DNA of 64,000 nucleotides from an uncultured Holosporaceae bacterium (GTDB lineage Bacteria; Pseudomonadota; Alphaproteobacteria; UBA3830): NCBI GenBank assembly GCA_964369545.1, contig CAYJFA010000004.1, positions 63,618 to 127,617 of the forward strand, read 5' to 3'. Shown piece by piece: positions 56,555 to 64,000 of this stretch (position 1 is its first letter; each line of letters starts with the position of its first letter). The notes under the pieces were generated by a model. It saw only the letters and a program-made list of their open reading frames with translations, ran no database searches and was not told where the DNA came from. The position numbers and the translations under genes were made by a program.

Positions 56555-57482
56555 GATTTTTATGACCTCTTATGAAATCACTGCCACTCATAATATTTTT
56601 TCCTGCTGGTTGAATTAATGTTAATTTTAGAAAACCAACGCCACAAGCTACTAGGGCATTCTTATGTTCTTCTAATATTGTGCCAGCTGATTCGTTTTTG
56701 GATTCATTGCTAACGATGTCTGCATCCAGTATTTTTATACGGATTCCTTCAATTTCAGTCCAAGCTGACGGAGTAGGGGAAAATGCCATGATTTGCTGTA
56801 AAATATTTTCTGCTGATTTTGTCCAGTCGATTTTACATGATTCCTTGGAGAATTTTGCTGCATAAGTCGCTCCACTTTCAGATTGTTTAAGAGTGTTGGA
56901 TAATTTTATTTCAATGTTTTCCAATGTGTCGACAATCATTTCTGACCCAAGGGTTCCCATTTTTTCGGAAAGATCAGCATAGTTAGTTTTTTGATGAATA
57001 TCTAGAAAATTCATAGAAATAATATCTCCGGTATCTATACCTTCGTCCATTTTCATGATTGTTATGCCAGTTTTCTTGTCGCCCGCTAAAATTGCTGATT
57101 GTATCGGAGCCGCGCCACGCCATCTTGGTAAAGCTGATGCGTGAATATTTATGAAACCAAATGGCGGAATATCTAAAATATTACGGGGAACAATCAACCC
57201 ATATGCTGCGACAATCGCGATGTCAGGTTGAAGTAATTGAAATAATTCAAACTGTTCAGCTGAACGTAATGTTTTTGGCGTAAAAACTGGGATTTCGCAT
57301 AATTCCGCAAAATCATGTACTACTGTTTTTTGGATTTTATAATTTCTTCCGTATGGTTTGGGTGCCTGTGTATAAACGGCGATGATCTTAAATTTATCGC
57401 TTTTTTGGTATTTTTTGAATAAAACTTGTAGCGTTTTTAGGGAAAAATCCGATGATCCCATAAAAATAATTCTTTTAGTCAT
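56532..57482 (-). CDS. fmt: Methionyl-tRNA formyltransferase
   Basis: RIIFMGSSDFS..., INIHASALPRWRGAAPIQ, and the C-terminal OB-like domain. It lies downstream of def. Confidence 0.9.
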   Translation of the reverse strand: MTKRIIFMGSSDFSLKTLQVLFKKYQKSDKFKIIAVYTQAPKPYGRNYKIQKTVVHDFAELCEIPVFTPKTLRSAEQFELFQLLQPDIAIVAAYGLIVPRNILDIPPFGFINIHASALPRWRGAAPIQSAILAGDKKTGITIMKMDEGIDTGDIISMNFLDIHQKTNYADLSEKMGTLGSEMIVDTLENIEIKLSNTLKQSESGATYAAKFSKESCKIDWTKSAENILQQIMAFSPTPSAWTEIEGIRIKILDADIVSNESKNESAGTILEEHKNALVACGVGFLKLTLIQPAGKNIMSGSDFIRGHKNLVRKLFN

Positions 57483-58183
57483 TTCTTATCAGCTCTTTGA
57501 ATTATGTTGTCCATTTGGAGATGTAGCAAACCGCTTTTTTGTATTACTTCTAGTGTTTGCATACCCTTAGAATATTCTTTTTGGTTCGATCTATCGACAA
57601 ACACGCATTCAGAAAGATTTTTTCTATTCAATTGATCTATGAATATAACTTTATAATTTTTTTTTGGATTCAATCTATTGATGTATAGTACTCCATCTAA
57701 ATGATCAATTTCATGCTGTATACATGCTGCTAAAAGCCCAGCAGCTTTTTCAATTCGGCATTTCTTAAAGGATTCGTCTAAATATTCAACAGTTACCGAT
57801 GCGTGTCTCATAATGATAGCGCCTATTCCAGGTACAGAAAAACAGCCTTCTGGAGATGATATAAACTCTTCAGATTTCCAAACGATTGTGGGATTTATCA
57901 TTTTATATACAGTAGATGTCGATTGAGAATCCATTGGATTTTCAGGAATATCTAGAACAACAACTCTTTTCAGAATTCCGATTTGTGGTGCAGATAATCC
58001 AGTCCCCTTTTCTGATGTGTGCATTTGTACAAGCATTTGTTCAAGTAAATCAACTGCATCCATATCACCGATTTTAACTTCCGCGCATTTTTTCGATAAA
58101 ATCGGATCTGGATAAATTTTCAGTTCTAACTTAGGAGAACAATTGCATAAAAATAAAATAAATATTAATAGTAATTTTTTCAT
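57479..58183 (-). CDS. Peptide deformylase paralog with an N-terminal hydrophobic leader and a C-terminal extension
   Basis: All three PDF motifs are present: GTGLSAPQIG, EGCFSVPG and QHEIDHLDG. It adds the leader MKKLLLIFILFLCNCSPKLE and about 60 extra C-terminal residues compared with the upstream def. Confidence 0.8.
   Translation of the reverse strand: MKKLLLIFILFLCNCSPKLELKIYPDPILSKKCAEVKIGDMDAVDLLEQMLVQMHTSEKGTGLSAPQIGILKRVVVLDIPENPMDSQSTSTVYKMINPTIVWKSEEFISSPEGCFSVPGIGAIIMRHASVTVEYLDESFKKCRIEKAAGLLAACIQHEIDHLDGVLYINRLNPKKNYKVIFIDQLNRKNLSECVFVDRSNQKEYSKGMQTLEVIQKSGLLHLQMDNIIQRADKK
58056..58120. repeat. Near-identical patch of about 65 nt shared by the two def paralogs (copy in def2)
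   Basis: GCATCCATATCACCGATTTTAACTTCCGCGCATTTTTTCGATAAAATCGGATCTGGATAAATTTT differs from the 58628-58692 copy at only 2-3 positions. The rest of the two genes has diverged. Confidence 0.8.
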
Positions 58184-58710
58184 TTTTCTGCTTCAATATT
58201 TGCTTTTTGTAATTTTTTAAATTTCTGTATGGCTCTGGATCGCTTGAGTCTGCTCAATTTGTCTATATATAATTTACCGTCTAGATGATCAATTTCATGC
58301 TGTAAACACATTGCAAGGTATTCTGTAGCTTTTTCAATTACGCATTTTTCGAATTTCTCATTGAAAAATTCGACAGAGATTGATTCATATCTAATAACCG
58401 TTTCTCGCAATATTGGAATTGAAATGCATCCTTCTGTTGACTCTACCATATTTTCAGATTTCCAAATAATTTTTGGATTGATCATTTTTAATTTTATAGC
58501 ATTATGTTCATTACGATCACGAGTATCTATGACTACCAATCTTTTTAGAATACCGAATTGCGGAGCCGCGAAGCCCCCGGCATCATACTTATATAGTAAA
58601 GGAAACATCTTTTCCAATATATTAACAGCATCCATATCACCGATTTCAACTTCCGCGCATTTTTTCGATAAAATCGGATCTGGATAGATTTTTATTTCCA
58701 TATTTTTCAT
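58180..58710 (-). CDS. def: Peptide deformylase
   Basis: 176 aa with AGGFAAPQFG, EGCISIP and QHEIDHLDG. Its stop overlaps the start of the second def by 4 nt. Confidence 0.9.
   Translation of the reverse strand: MKNMEIKIYPDPILSKKCAEVEIGDMDAVNILEKMFPLLYKYDAGGFAAPQFGILKRLVVIDTRDRNEHNAIKLKMINPKIIWKSENMVESTEGCISIPILRETVIRYESISVEFFNEKFEKCVIEKATEYLAMCLQHEIDHLDGKLYIDKLSRLKRSRAIQKFKKLQKANIEAEK
58628..58692. repeat. Near-identical patch of about 65 nt shared by the two def paralogs (copy in def1)
   Basis: GCATCCATATCACCGATTTCAACTTCCGCGCATTTTTTCGATAAAATCGGATCTGGATAGATTTT. It encodes KIYPDPILSKKCAEV(E/K)IGDMDA in both genes. Confidence 0.8.
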
Positions 58711-58713
58711 TTT

Positions 58714-60210
58714 TTATTTGCTTGTTCTAATTCTAAAATGCAGCTCTTTTATTTCGTTCGGCTTTAATTCTAGACGCCATAATGGTTTTTCTGACTTCTG
58801 CATTTCAAAATTCTTCTTTACTACATTCCAAGATGTATCAATATCAACAAGTACCAACGTTGAAATATTCGAGGTTTTATTGTTTTTAATAGATACGCGA
58901 ACTCCATATTCTATGCTTTTTTCGGAGAGTTTTTTGATGTCTGTTTGCTGTATGCTTGCGGTTATATCAGGCGTATTTCCAATTTCAAACACAAAGTCAT
59001 CTCCACTTTTAATAGAAGAAAGAGATTGCTTTCCAAAAAAACTTCTTTCATTATTCATCCTTCGAAAAATTAATACTTCACTGTCGATGGAATCAGCGTT
59101 AATACCTAATGATTTCGCATTTTCAATAATAAGTAAATTTTTTACTGGAAGGTCGATTTCTTTAGAAAGCGAAGATGCGATCGCTGCCACTGGTACTTTT
59201 ATGATATGTTCTAGTGTGGGTTTTAGAGATTTCAGAGATTTCAACACACACATTATTTCAGAATTTTTCTTTATTGTTAAATTCCTCTTATATAATAATG
59301 GTTCTTGATTTTCTATTTTTAATTCAGATGTTTTTAAGTTTTGTTTGTTAGCCGAAATATCAGGAGCCGAGGCATCGAATGTTACGGATACATTTTCTAA
59401 ATCAAGACCAGTTTCGTTATTTAGTAAAGCCTGTGAGGATATATCTACTCTATCTAATTTTTCAAATACATCGATAAGACATATATGTTTCCAATTAATA
59501 CTATCCATTAAATAGCTGATTTCAAGGTCAATATTATCTTGTTCTGCAGAATCAAGTAATACTTTTAGGGAATTATTTCCAAGTTGTTGCAAGGTGTTTT
59601 CGCTGACGCCTATACATCTATTAAGTGGAATACTGTAATATTTATTGTCACTGTTTATGAGGGCATAGTATTCATCTTGTTCCTTTGAAATATTTAAAAG
59701 TTTTCCTTTTTCTATTTTTGTATCATCTTTAAGAATATAATGGACTTCATTTCCTATCGAAGATGAAAATAAGTTATATCTGGACATGTCTTTTTTATTA
59801 AAAACATAACTTAAAATTGTAATTTTACCTTTTTTAGGGGTTCGAAAATTTAATGATTTATATATTAGTCCAGGATATAGATTGTCAAAGACAATTTCAT
59901 TTATTCCAGATTGCGCTTTTATACTTCTAGTGTCTTTTACAAAACAGATGCCGCTTTTATAACATGTAAGAGAGATATTGCTGGTATTTTGATATGATAT
60001 TCCAAGTTGAATCGGCTTATATACTGTATGCGGATGACTCGATGTTTCCGTTTTTTTTACAATTGTTGGTATTGAGTCAATATGTATAATTTCTACTGAA
60101 TTTTCGTATATATCATTTTGATTTTGTTGATTATTGTCACAAAAAGAAGATGATATATGCAACGAAATAAATACTATAAGCAACGATAACTTTTTTAATA
60201 TATCTATCAA
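58714..60210 (-). CDS. Exported hypothetical protein, DUF4139-like
   Basis: 498 aa. The TTG start is preceded by AGGAGA and the protein has a signal peptide. The overall pattern resembles DUF4139 proteins: an N-terminal G..EIVFDNL......SL.F and a C-terminal ...SIKNNKTSNISTLVLVD...WRLELKPNEIKELHFRI. The assignment is from memory only. Confidence 0.45.
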   Translation of the reverse strand: MIDILKKLSLLIVFISLHISSSFCDNNQQNQNDIYENSVEIIHIDSIPTIVKKTETSSHPHTVYKPIQLGISYQNTSNISLTCYKSGICFVKDTRSIKAQSGINEIVFDNLYPGLIYKSLNFRTPKKGKITILSYVFNKKDMSRYNLFSSSIGNEVHYILKDDTKIEKGKLLNISKEQDEYYALINSDNKYYSIPLNRCIGVSENTLQQLGNNSLKVLLDSAEQDNIDLEISYLMDSINWKHICLIDVFEKLDRVDISSQALLNNETGLDLENVSVTFDASAPDISANKQNLKTSELKIENQEPLLYKRNLTIKKNSEIMCVLKSLKSLKPTLEHIIKVPVAAIASSLSKEIDLPVKNLLIIENAKSLGINADSIDSEVLIFRRMNNERSFFGKQSLSSIKSGDDFVFEIGNTPDITASIQQTDIKKLSEKSIEYGVRVSIKNNKTSNISTLVLVDIDTSWNVVKKNFEMQKSEKPLWRLELKPNEIKELHFRIRTSK

Positions 60211-60236
60211 AACTATATCTCCTATAAAATGGATGA

Positions 60237-60833
60237 TTAAGAAGGCGAGTTGTTTCCTAACGCTTCTAGACTATCTAAAAATTCGTCGGAAGAAAAATCA
60301 ATGCCTCCGCCCAAATAGCCCCAAACAAGTTTATTTTTAGTATTGAATACTAAGCATGCTGGTACTCCTTGGATTCCATTTGTTACGCTGTTATCCACCG
60401 ATTTATATACATCTAATAATTGAATATCGTTTGATTTATAATGTATTTTAAGTCTGTTAGTATCTGCGTCCCCAATATTTAACGCTATTATTTTTATATG
60501 CTTAATATTTTTTTTTCTTATTTTATTTAATAAATTATCAAATTCTCTGAGAACGCTTGGGCAGCTTGGGCACCATATAGTAGAAAAAATTACAATTACT
60601 ATATTGCCGTACAAATTTTTAGTGAAATTATCTTTCCTTTTTTTTAGTGAAATTATCTTTCCTTTTTCATTGACGATTTCTATGTCAAAATCTTTGTTTG
60701 CATCTATATATTCCTGCATGTTTGTGGGAGGAAATTTTTTTATCGATGAAGCATCGCAAGTACTAAAAAGTAATGCTATAAATATATAAAAATATTTAGT
60801 TCTGTCTTGGAATATCTGTATGAAATATCTCAT
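60237..60833 (-). CDS. TlpA/ResA-like periplasmic thiol:disulfide oxidoreductase
   Basis: Signal peptide plus a thioredoxin fold, with the CxxC motif in IVIFSTIWCPSCPSV. Confidence 0.75.
   Translation of the reverse strand: MRYFIQIFQDRTKYFYIFIALLFSTCDASSIKKFPPTNMQEYIDANKDFDIEIVNEKGKIISLKKRKDNFTKNLYGNIVIVIFSTIWCPSCPSVLREFDNLLNKIRKKNIKHIKIIALNIGDADTNRLKIHYKSNDIQLLDVYKSVDNSVTNGIQGVPACLVFNTKNKLVWGYLGGGIDFSSDEFLDSLEALGNNSPS
60616..60665. repeat. 25-nt tandem duplication (TTTTTAGTGAAATTATCTTTCCTTT x2) inside the tlpA-like gene
   Basis: Read directly from the sequence. On the coding strand the two copies are read in different frames (GKIISLKK / RKDNFTKN). Both are flanked by A/T homopolymer runs. 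Confidence 0.8.
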
Positions 60834-60939
60834 TTTTATTTCTTTAATTTTTTTGACCTTGTCATCTTGTGGTCGAAGAGGGATTTTAGAAAAACCTCCT
60901 GGAGAAGGTGAATATCCAAAGCACTATCCTCATAAATAA
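60820..60939 (+). CDS. Small lipoprotein, LptM/YifL-like
   Basis: The 39-aa ORF MKYLIFISLIFLTLSSCGRRGILEKPPGEGEYPKHYPHK has a lipobox (LSSC) followed by the G.(K/R)G.L..PP motif typical of this family. It falls below the ORF-track size cutoff. Confidence 0.6.
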   Translation: MKYLIFISLIFLTLSSCGRRGILEKPPGEGEYPKHYPHK

Positions 60940-61032
60940 TGTTAATTATACATTAAATATATTCGTAAGCGCATCATACGGCAATAGTTATAATTATTTT
61001 ATAGATGATTTGAGTGTATTGTTTTATTTTCT

Positions 61033-62742
61033 TCAATATTGATTAATTGATGTAGCAATATCTTCCAAATGAAAGTTTATTTGCTTTTTTCCATTCCATT
61101 CTGAAATTGTTAATGAACCCAGAGCATCGATTGTTTGGTTATTGCTCATAATAAGTTTACCAAGCTGCGTATTAAAACTTTTGAATGAAATGGCCTTCAA
61201 GGAGTTATTTTTGTAGTCTTCCAATAAAAGTTGTATGTGATTTTTACCGACTTGACGTGTATAAGTGATTTTTACATTTGGAATTATAAATTTTGGATGT
61301 CGATTGCCGGCGCCAAACGGCTCTAATGTTGATATTTTTTGCATAATATCCATTGAAATATGGTTTAGTTGCAAAAAACAATCAGCATATAGTTCGTCAG
61401 GCACATTTTTGCAGTGTATTTCTGATTTCAAAAATTCTATGAGATCATCAATTTTATCAGATTTAATAGAAAATCCAGCTGCGATTGAATGGCCGCCTCC
61501 AGAAGTTATAATTCCGTTTTGAATACCCTTATTTATTAAAGCAGCAATATCTAGTCCCTTGATAGATCTGCATGATGCTTTACCATTTCCATTTTTATCA
61601 ATTGATATAACTATGGTAGGTTTATTGTATTTCTCTTTTAGTCTTCCAGCAACTATTCCTATTATTCCAATGTGCCATTTATTGCTGTAGGAACATATGA
61701 AATTTAAATTTTCATCAACAAATTGCGTAGCTTCTATTATAATTTCTAATTCAATTTCTTGTCGTTGTTTATTTAAACTATCTAACTGCAGTGCTAGTTT
61801 TTTCGCTTCTATTGGATTTTTTGTAGTAAGTAAATTAACGCTGATATCTGCAGAGGACATTCTTCCTGCGGAATTTAATCTTGGGCCAAAAAAGAATGCT
61901 ATTGTATCCGAAGTTATTACTGAAGATTTATTGAGAGCTATTAAAGCGTCTATACCAAGATTTTTCCGTTTTTGCATTACCTTAATACCAGTTGATACAA
62001 AAGCTCTATTTAGTTTAACTAGCTCCATGACATCACATACAGTAGCCATTGCTACTAAATCTAAAGAATTTATTAATTCCGGTTCTTTGATTTTTTTATT
62101 GCTATAAAATCCTAATTTATTAAGAGATCTGTTAATCCCAACAACATACATAAATACTAATCCTGTTGCACAAAGATTTTTGTATGTATCTTGCTCATCA
62201 GGTCTGTGAGGATTTATGATGGCAGCTGAGTCTGGTATTGAGGACATTTTGTGATGATCTATGACTATCACATCAATGTTGTTTTCTTTTGCGTATTTTA
62301 ATTCATCTATTGCGCTGGATCCGCAGTCGACAGCTATGATTAAGTAATTTTTATATTTTTCTATAATCTCTAAATTGATTCCATATCCATCATCCATTCT
62401 ATTTGGAATAAAATATGTAAATTCAGCACCTATGTGTTCTAAAAAATTTACTAAAATCGCGGTGGAGGATATGCCATCTACATCGTAATCTCCAATTATC
62501 GCGATTTTTTCATCTTGCTGAATTGCGGATATAATTCTATTTACGGCTTTTTCCATATCTATGAATGAAAAAGGGTCTGGCATACAATTGTTTATTGATG
62601 CTTTAGTAAATTCTTCTATCTCATAAAAACCTCTGTTGTTTAATAAGGTTTTTACAATGTCATCTTCTTTTTTATCCACAGTATTAGCGCTGTAAATATT
62701 CCATATTTTATTAGTTAATGAGACTATTTTTTTTTGTGACAT
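61033..62742 (-). CDS. recJ: Single-stranded-DNA-specific exonuclease RecJ
   Basis: DHH motifs (IAIIGDYDVDGISS, VDCGSSA, DVIVIDHH), DHHA1 (GGGHSIAAG) and the C-terminal OB domain. Confidence 0.9.
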   Translation of the reverse strand: MSQKKIVSLTNKIWNIYSANTVDKKEDDIVKTLLNNRGFYEIEEFTKASINNCMPDPFSFIDMEKAVNRIISAIQQDEKIAIIGDYDVDGISSTAILVNFLEHIGAEFTYFIPNRMDDGYGINLEIIEKYKNYLIIAVDCGSSAIDELKYAKENNIDVIVIDHHKMSSIPDSAAIINPHRPDEQDTYKNLCATGLVFMYVVGINRSLNKLGFYSNKKIKEPELINSLDLVAMATVCDVMELVKLNRAFVSTGIKVMQKRKNLGIDALIALNKSSVITSDTIAFFFGPRLNSAGRMSSADISVNLLTTKNPIEAKKLALQLDSLNKQRQEIELEIIIEATQFVDENLNFICSYSNKWHIGIIGIVAGRLKEKYNKPTIVISIDKNGNGKASCRSIKGLDIAALINKGIQNGIITSGGGHSIAAGFSIKSDKIDDLIEFLKSEIHCKNVPDELYADCFLQLNHISMDIMQKISTLEPFGAGNRHPKFIIPNVKITYTRQVGKNHIQLLLEDYKNNSLKAISFKSFNTQLGKLIMSNNQTIDALGSLTISEWNGKKQINFHLEDIATSINQY

Positions 62743-62792
62743 TCTTGTCGAATTCCACTGTTTTGATGAATTTAAAAGCTAAATAACTAATT

Positions 62793-63530
62793 TTATATAT
62801 TTCTAGTGACTGAAAATCTGATAGCAAAACGATTAGGTTTAGCATCAAATTTCCATTCGTTTGCATCTAACTTCACATATTTATTATCATCTTTATTGGT
62901 TATGGAATATCTAAAGTCGCCTCTTAAATTCCATTTATGATTCATTTTATATTCAAGCCCAAAACCTACCGTTGGATAAAAAGATCCAAATGACTTCTTT
63001 GCTGATGGACTATTATCATTTGACCTATAAAATGCGGCCTTTCCTATTATGCGCGCAAAACCCGCAGTTAAATAAGCTAAAGTGCCATGTTGAGGAAATT
63101 GATAACCAAATCTTACATCCATATTCATGCCAATATTGGAGGAATGAATAATCCCAATTTCATTCTTTCTTTTTGTTTTTTCAGGTAATCTTTTAAAAAA
63201 ATCTAATTCTACTCCGGCATAATATCTTTCGTAAAATGCTGATCCAAAACCAATTATCGCAGAGAAATCATATTGATTCGCTGAGTTATCATATTTTAGT
63301 GAAGCTTGTTGATTTTTTGATACATTTAACTTATTAGAGGTTCTCGATAAAGTAACGCCTAGGCCATAATATGCACCACTGACTTTTCTTTCCGGTTCAG
63401 AAAGTTCTAGAAAATCATTGTTTTTGTTATATTCTGATTCCATTTCTTGTCTTTCGCTTGACGCTGCTGCATCAATAAAAGAAAAAAGTAACAGCATCGT
63501 GGCAAGTGAATAAAAATAATTCCTAAACAT
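62793..63530 (-). CDS. Outer-membrane beta-barrel protein (OmpA-like barrel / Omp25-31-type)
   Basis: It has a signal peptide (MFRNYFYSLATMLLLFSFIDAAAS). Alternating amphipathic strands include GAYYGLGVTLS, YYAGVELDFF, MDVRFGYQF, PTVGFGLEYKM and LRGDFRYSI. The internal ATG at 63530 is preferred, so the gene clears the terminator. Confidence 0.7.
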   Translation of the reverse strand: MFRNYFYSLATMLLLFSFIDAAASSERQEMESEYNKNNDFLELSEPERKVSGAYYGLGVTLSRTSNKLNVSKNQQASLKYDNSANQYDFSAIIGFGSAFYERYYAGVELDFFKRLPEKTKRKNEIGIIHSSNIGMNMDVRFGYQFPQHGTLAYLTAGFARIIGKAAFYRSNDNSPSAKKSFGSFYPTVGFGLEYKMNHKWNLRGDFRYSITNKDDNKYVKLDANEWKFDAKPNRFAIRFSVTRNI

Positions 63531-63607
63531 AAAAAAATCATTCCTTAAAAATAGAGATCTAAAAACTAATATAAAGTATATTAACAGCAATAAAATAAAA
63601 ACTACAC

Positions 63608-63644
63608 AAAAAAACATAGCTTAGAAAAACTTAGCTATGTTTTT
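63608..63644 (-). terminator. Rho-independent terminator-like hairpin downstream of hupB
   Basis: AAAAACATAGC...GCTATGTTTTT forms a stem of about 7-11 bp with a 13-nt loop. On the minus strand it is followed by a run of seven T. It lies 30 nt after the hupB stop. Confidence 0.6.
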
Positions 63645-63674
63645 GTTGTTATTTTTGATTCTAAAAAAGATTTG

Positions 63675-63947
63675 TTAATTCACAGAATCTTTAAGATTTT
63701 TTCCTGGTTTAAATCTTACGGATTTTCTTGGCGGAATTTCGATCGTTTTTCCAGTTTTAAAGTTTCTTCCACTTCTACCTGCGGTTGTTTTTACAGAAAA
63801 GCTTCCAAATCCAACTAAAGTTACGTCATTTCCTTTTTTTAAGGTAGATTCAATAATCTTTACGAGAGAGTTAATAGCTTTTTCAGATTCTGTTTTCGTG
63901 AGACCACTATCTTTTGATAATGCTTCAACTAACTCTGATTTATTCAT
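63675..63947 (-). CDS. hupB: Nucleoid-associated DNA-binding protein HU
   Basis: MNKSELVEALSKDSGLTKTESEKAINSLVKIIESTLKKGNDVTLVGFGSF...GRNFKTGKTIEIPPRKSVRFKPGK. The ATG at 63947 is preceded by GGAGA. Confidence 0.9.
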   Translation of the reverse strand: MNKSELVEALSKDSGLTKTESEKAINSLVKIIESTLKKGNDVTLVGFGSFSVKTTAGRSGRNFKTGKTIEIPPRKSVRFKPGKNLKDSVN

Positions 63948-64000
63948 AATATTCTCCAAGTTATTATAATTCAAAGTCTGAACTGTTTTATTTTAAAAAT

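Noticed and set aside
1-64000. CRISPR arrays, rRNA genes, tmRNA/RNase P, retron or DGR-like repeat structures
   Set aside because: I saw no regularly spaced direct repeats with unique spacers, no rRNA-like conserved blocks, and no template/variable repeat pair on reading the intergenic regions. Small structured RNAs cannot be excluded without covariance-model searches.

Overview
Visibly AT-rich bacterial chromosome segment of about 65 genes. Gene content points to a host-associated alphaproteobacterium (Rickettsiales/Holosporales-like): lptF-lptG-lptD divergent from surA-rsmA, ybgF-tilS-ftsH, a DUF1476 zeta-subunit gene, a Caulobacter-type cpaABCDEF-tadBC locus and a split-type pntA. No species is claimed. 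Most of the window is housekeeping: dnaK-dnaJ, ftsH, folD, tmk, map, recO, recJ, def-fmt, mnmA, xerC, hupB and one tRNA with a CAT anticodon. Four accessory regions stand out. (1) About 1.5-10.9 kb is a decaying integrative island. It holds an AlpA excisionase, three relics of one IS5-like transposase, and several Sec-leader proteins: an RNI-type LRR protein, a Fic enzyme, an HNH/EndoVII-like nuclease and a deaminase-signature gene broken by an in-frame TGA and a probable frameshift. (2) An orphan vgrG is followed by a MORN/YwqK-like gene and overlaps the stop of a crotonase gene. (3) A complete Tad/Cpa pilus locus has no adjacent pilin gene, and its CpaB and CpaD carry low-complexity extensions. 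(4) Tandem peptide deformylase paralogs: the second has an N-terminal export-like leader and a roughly 60-aa tail, and the two share a roughly 65-nt near-identical patch. No CRISPR array, rRNA or intact transposase was seen. Motifs located by hand may be off by 1-2 nt.
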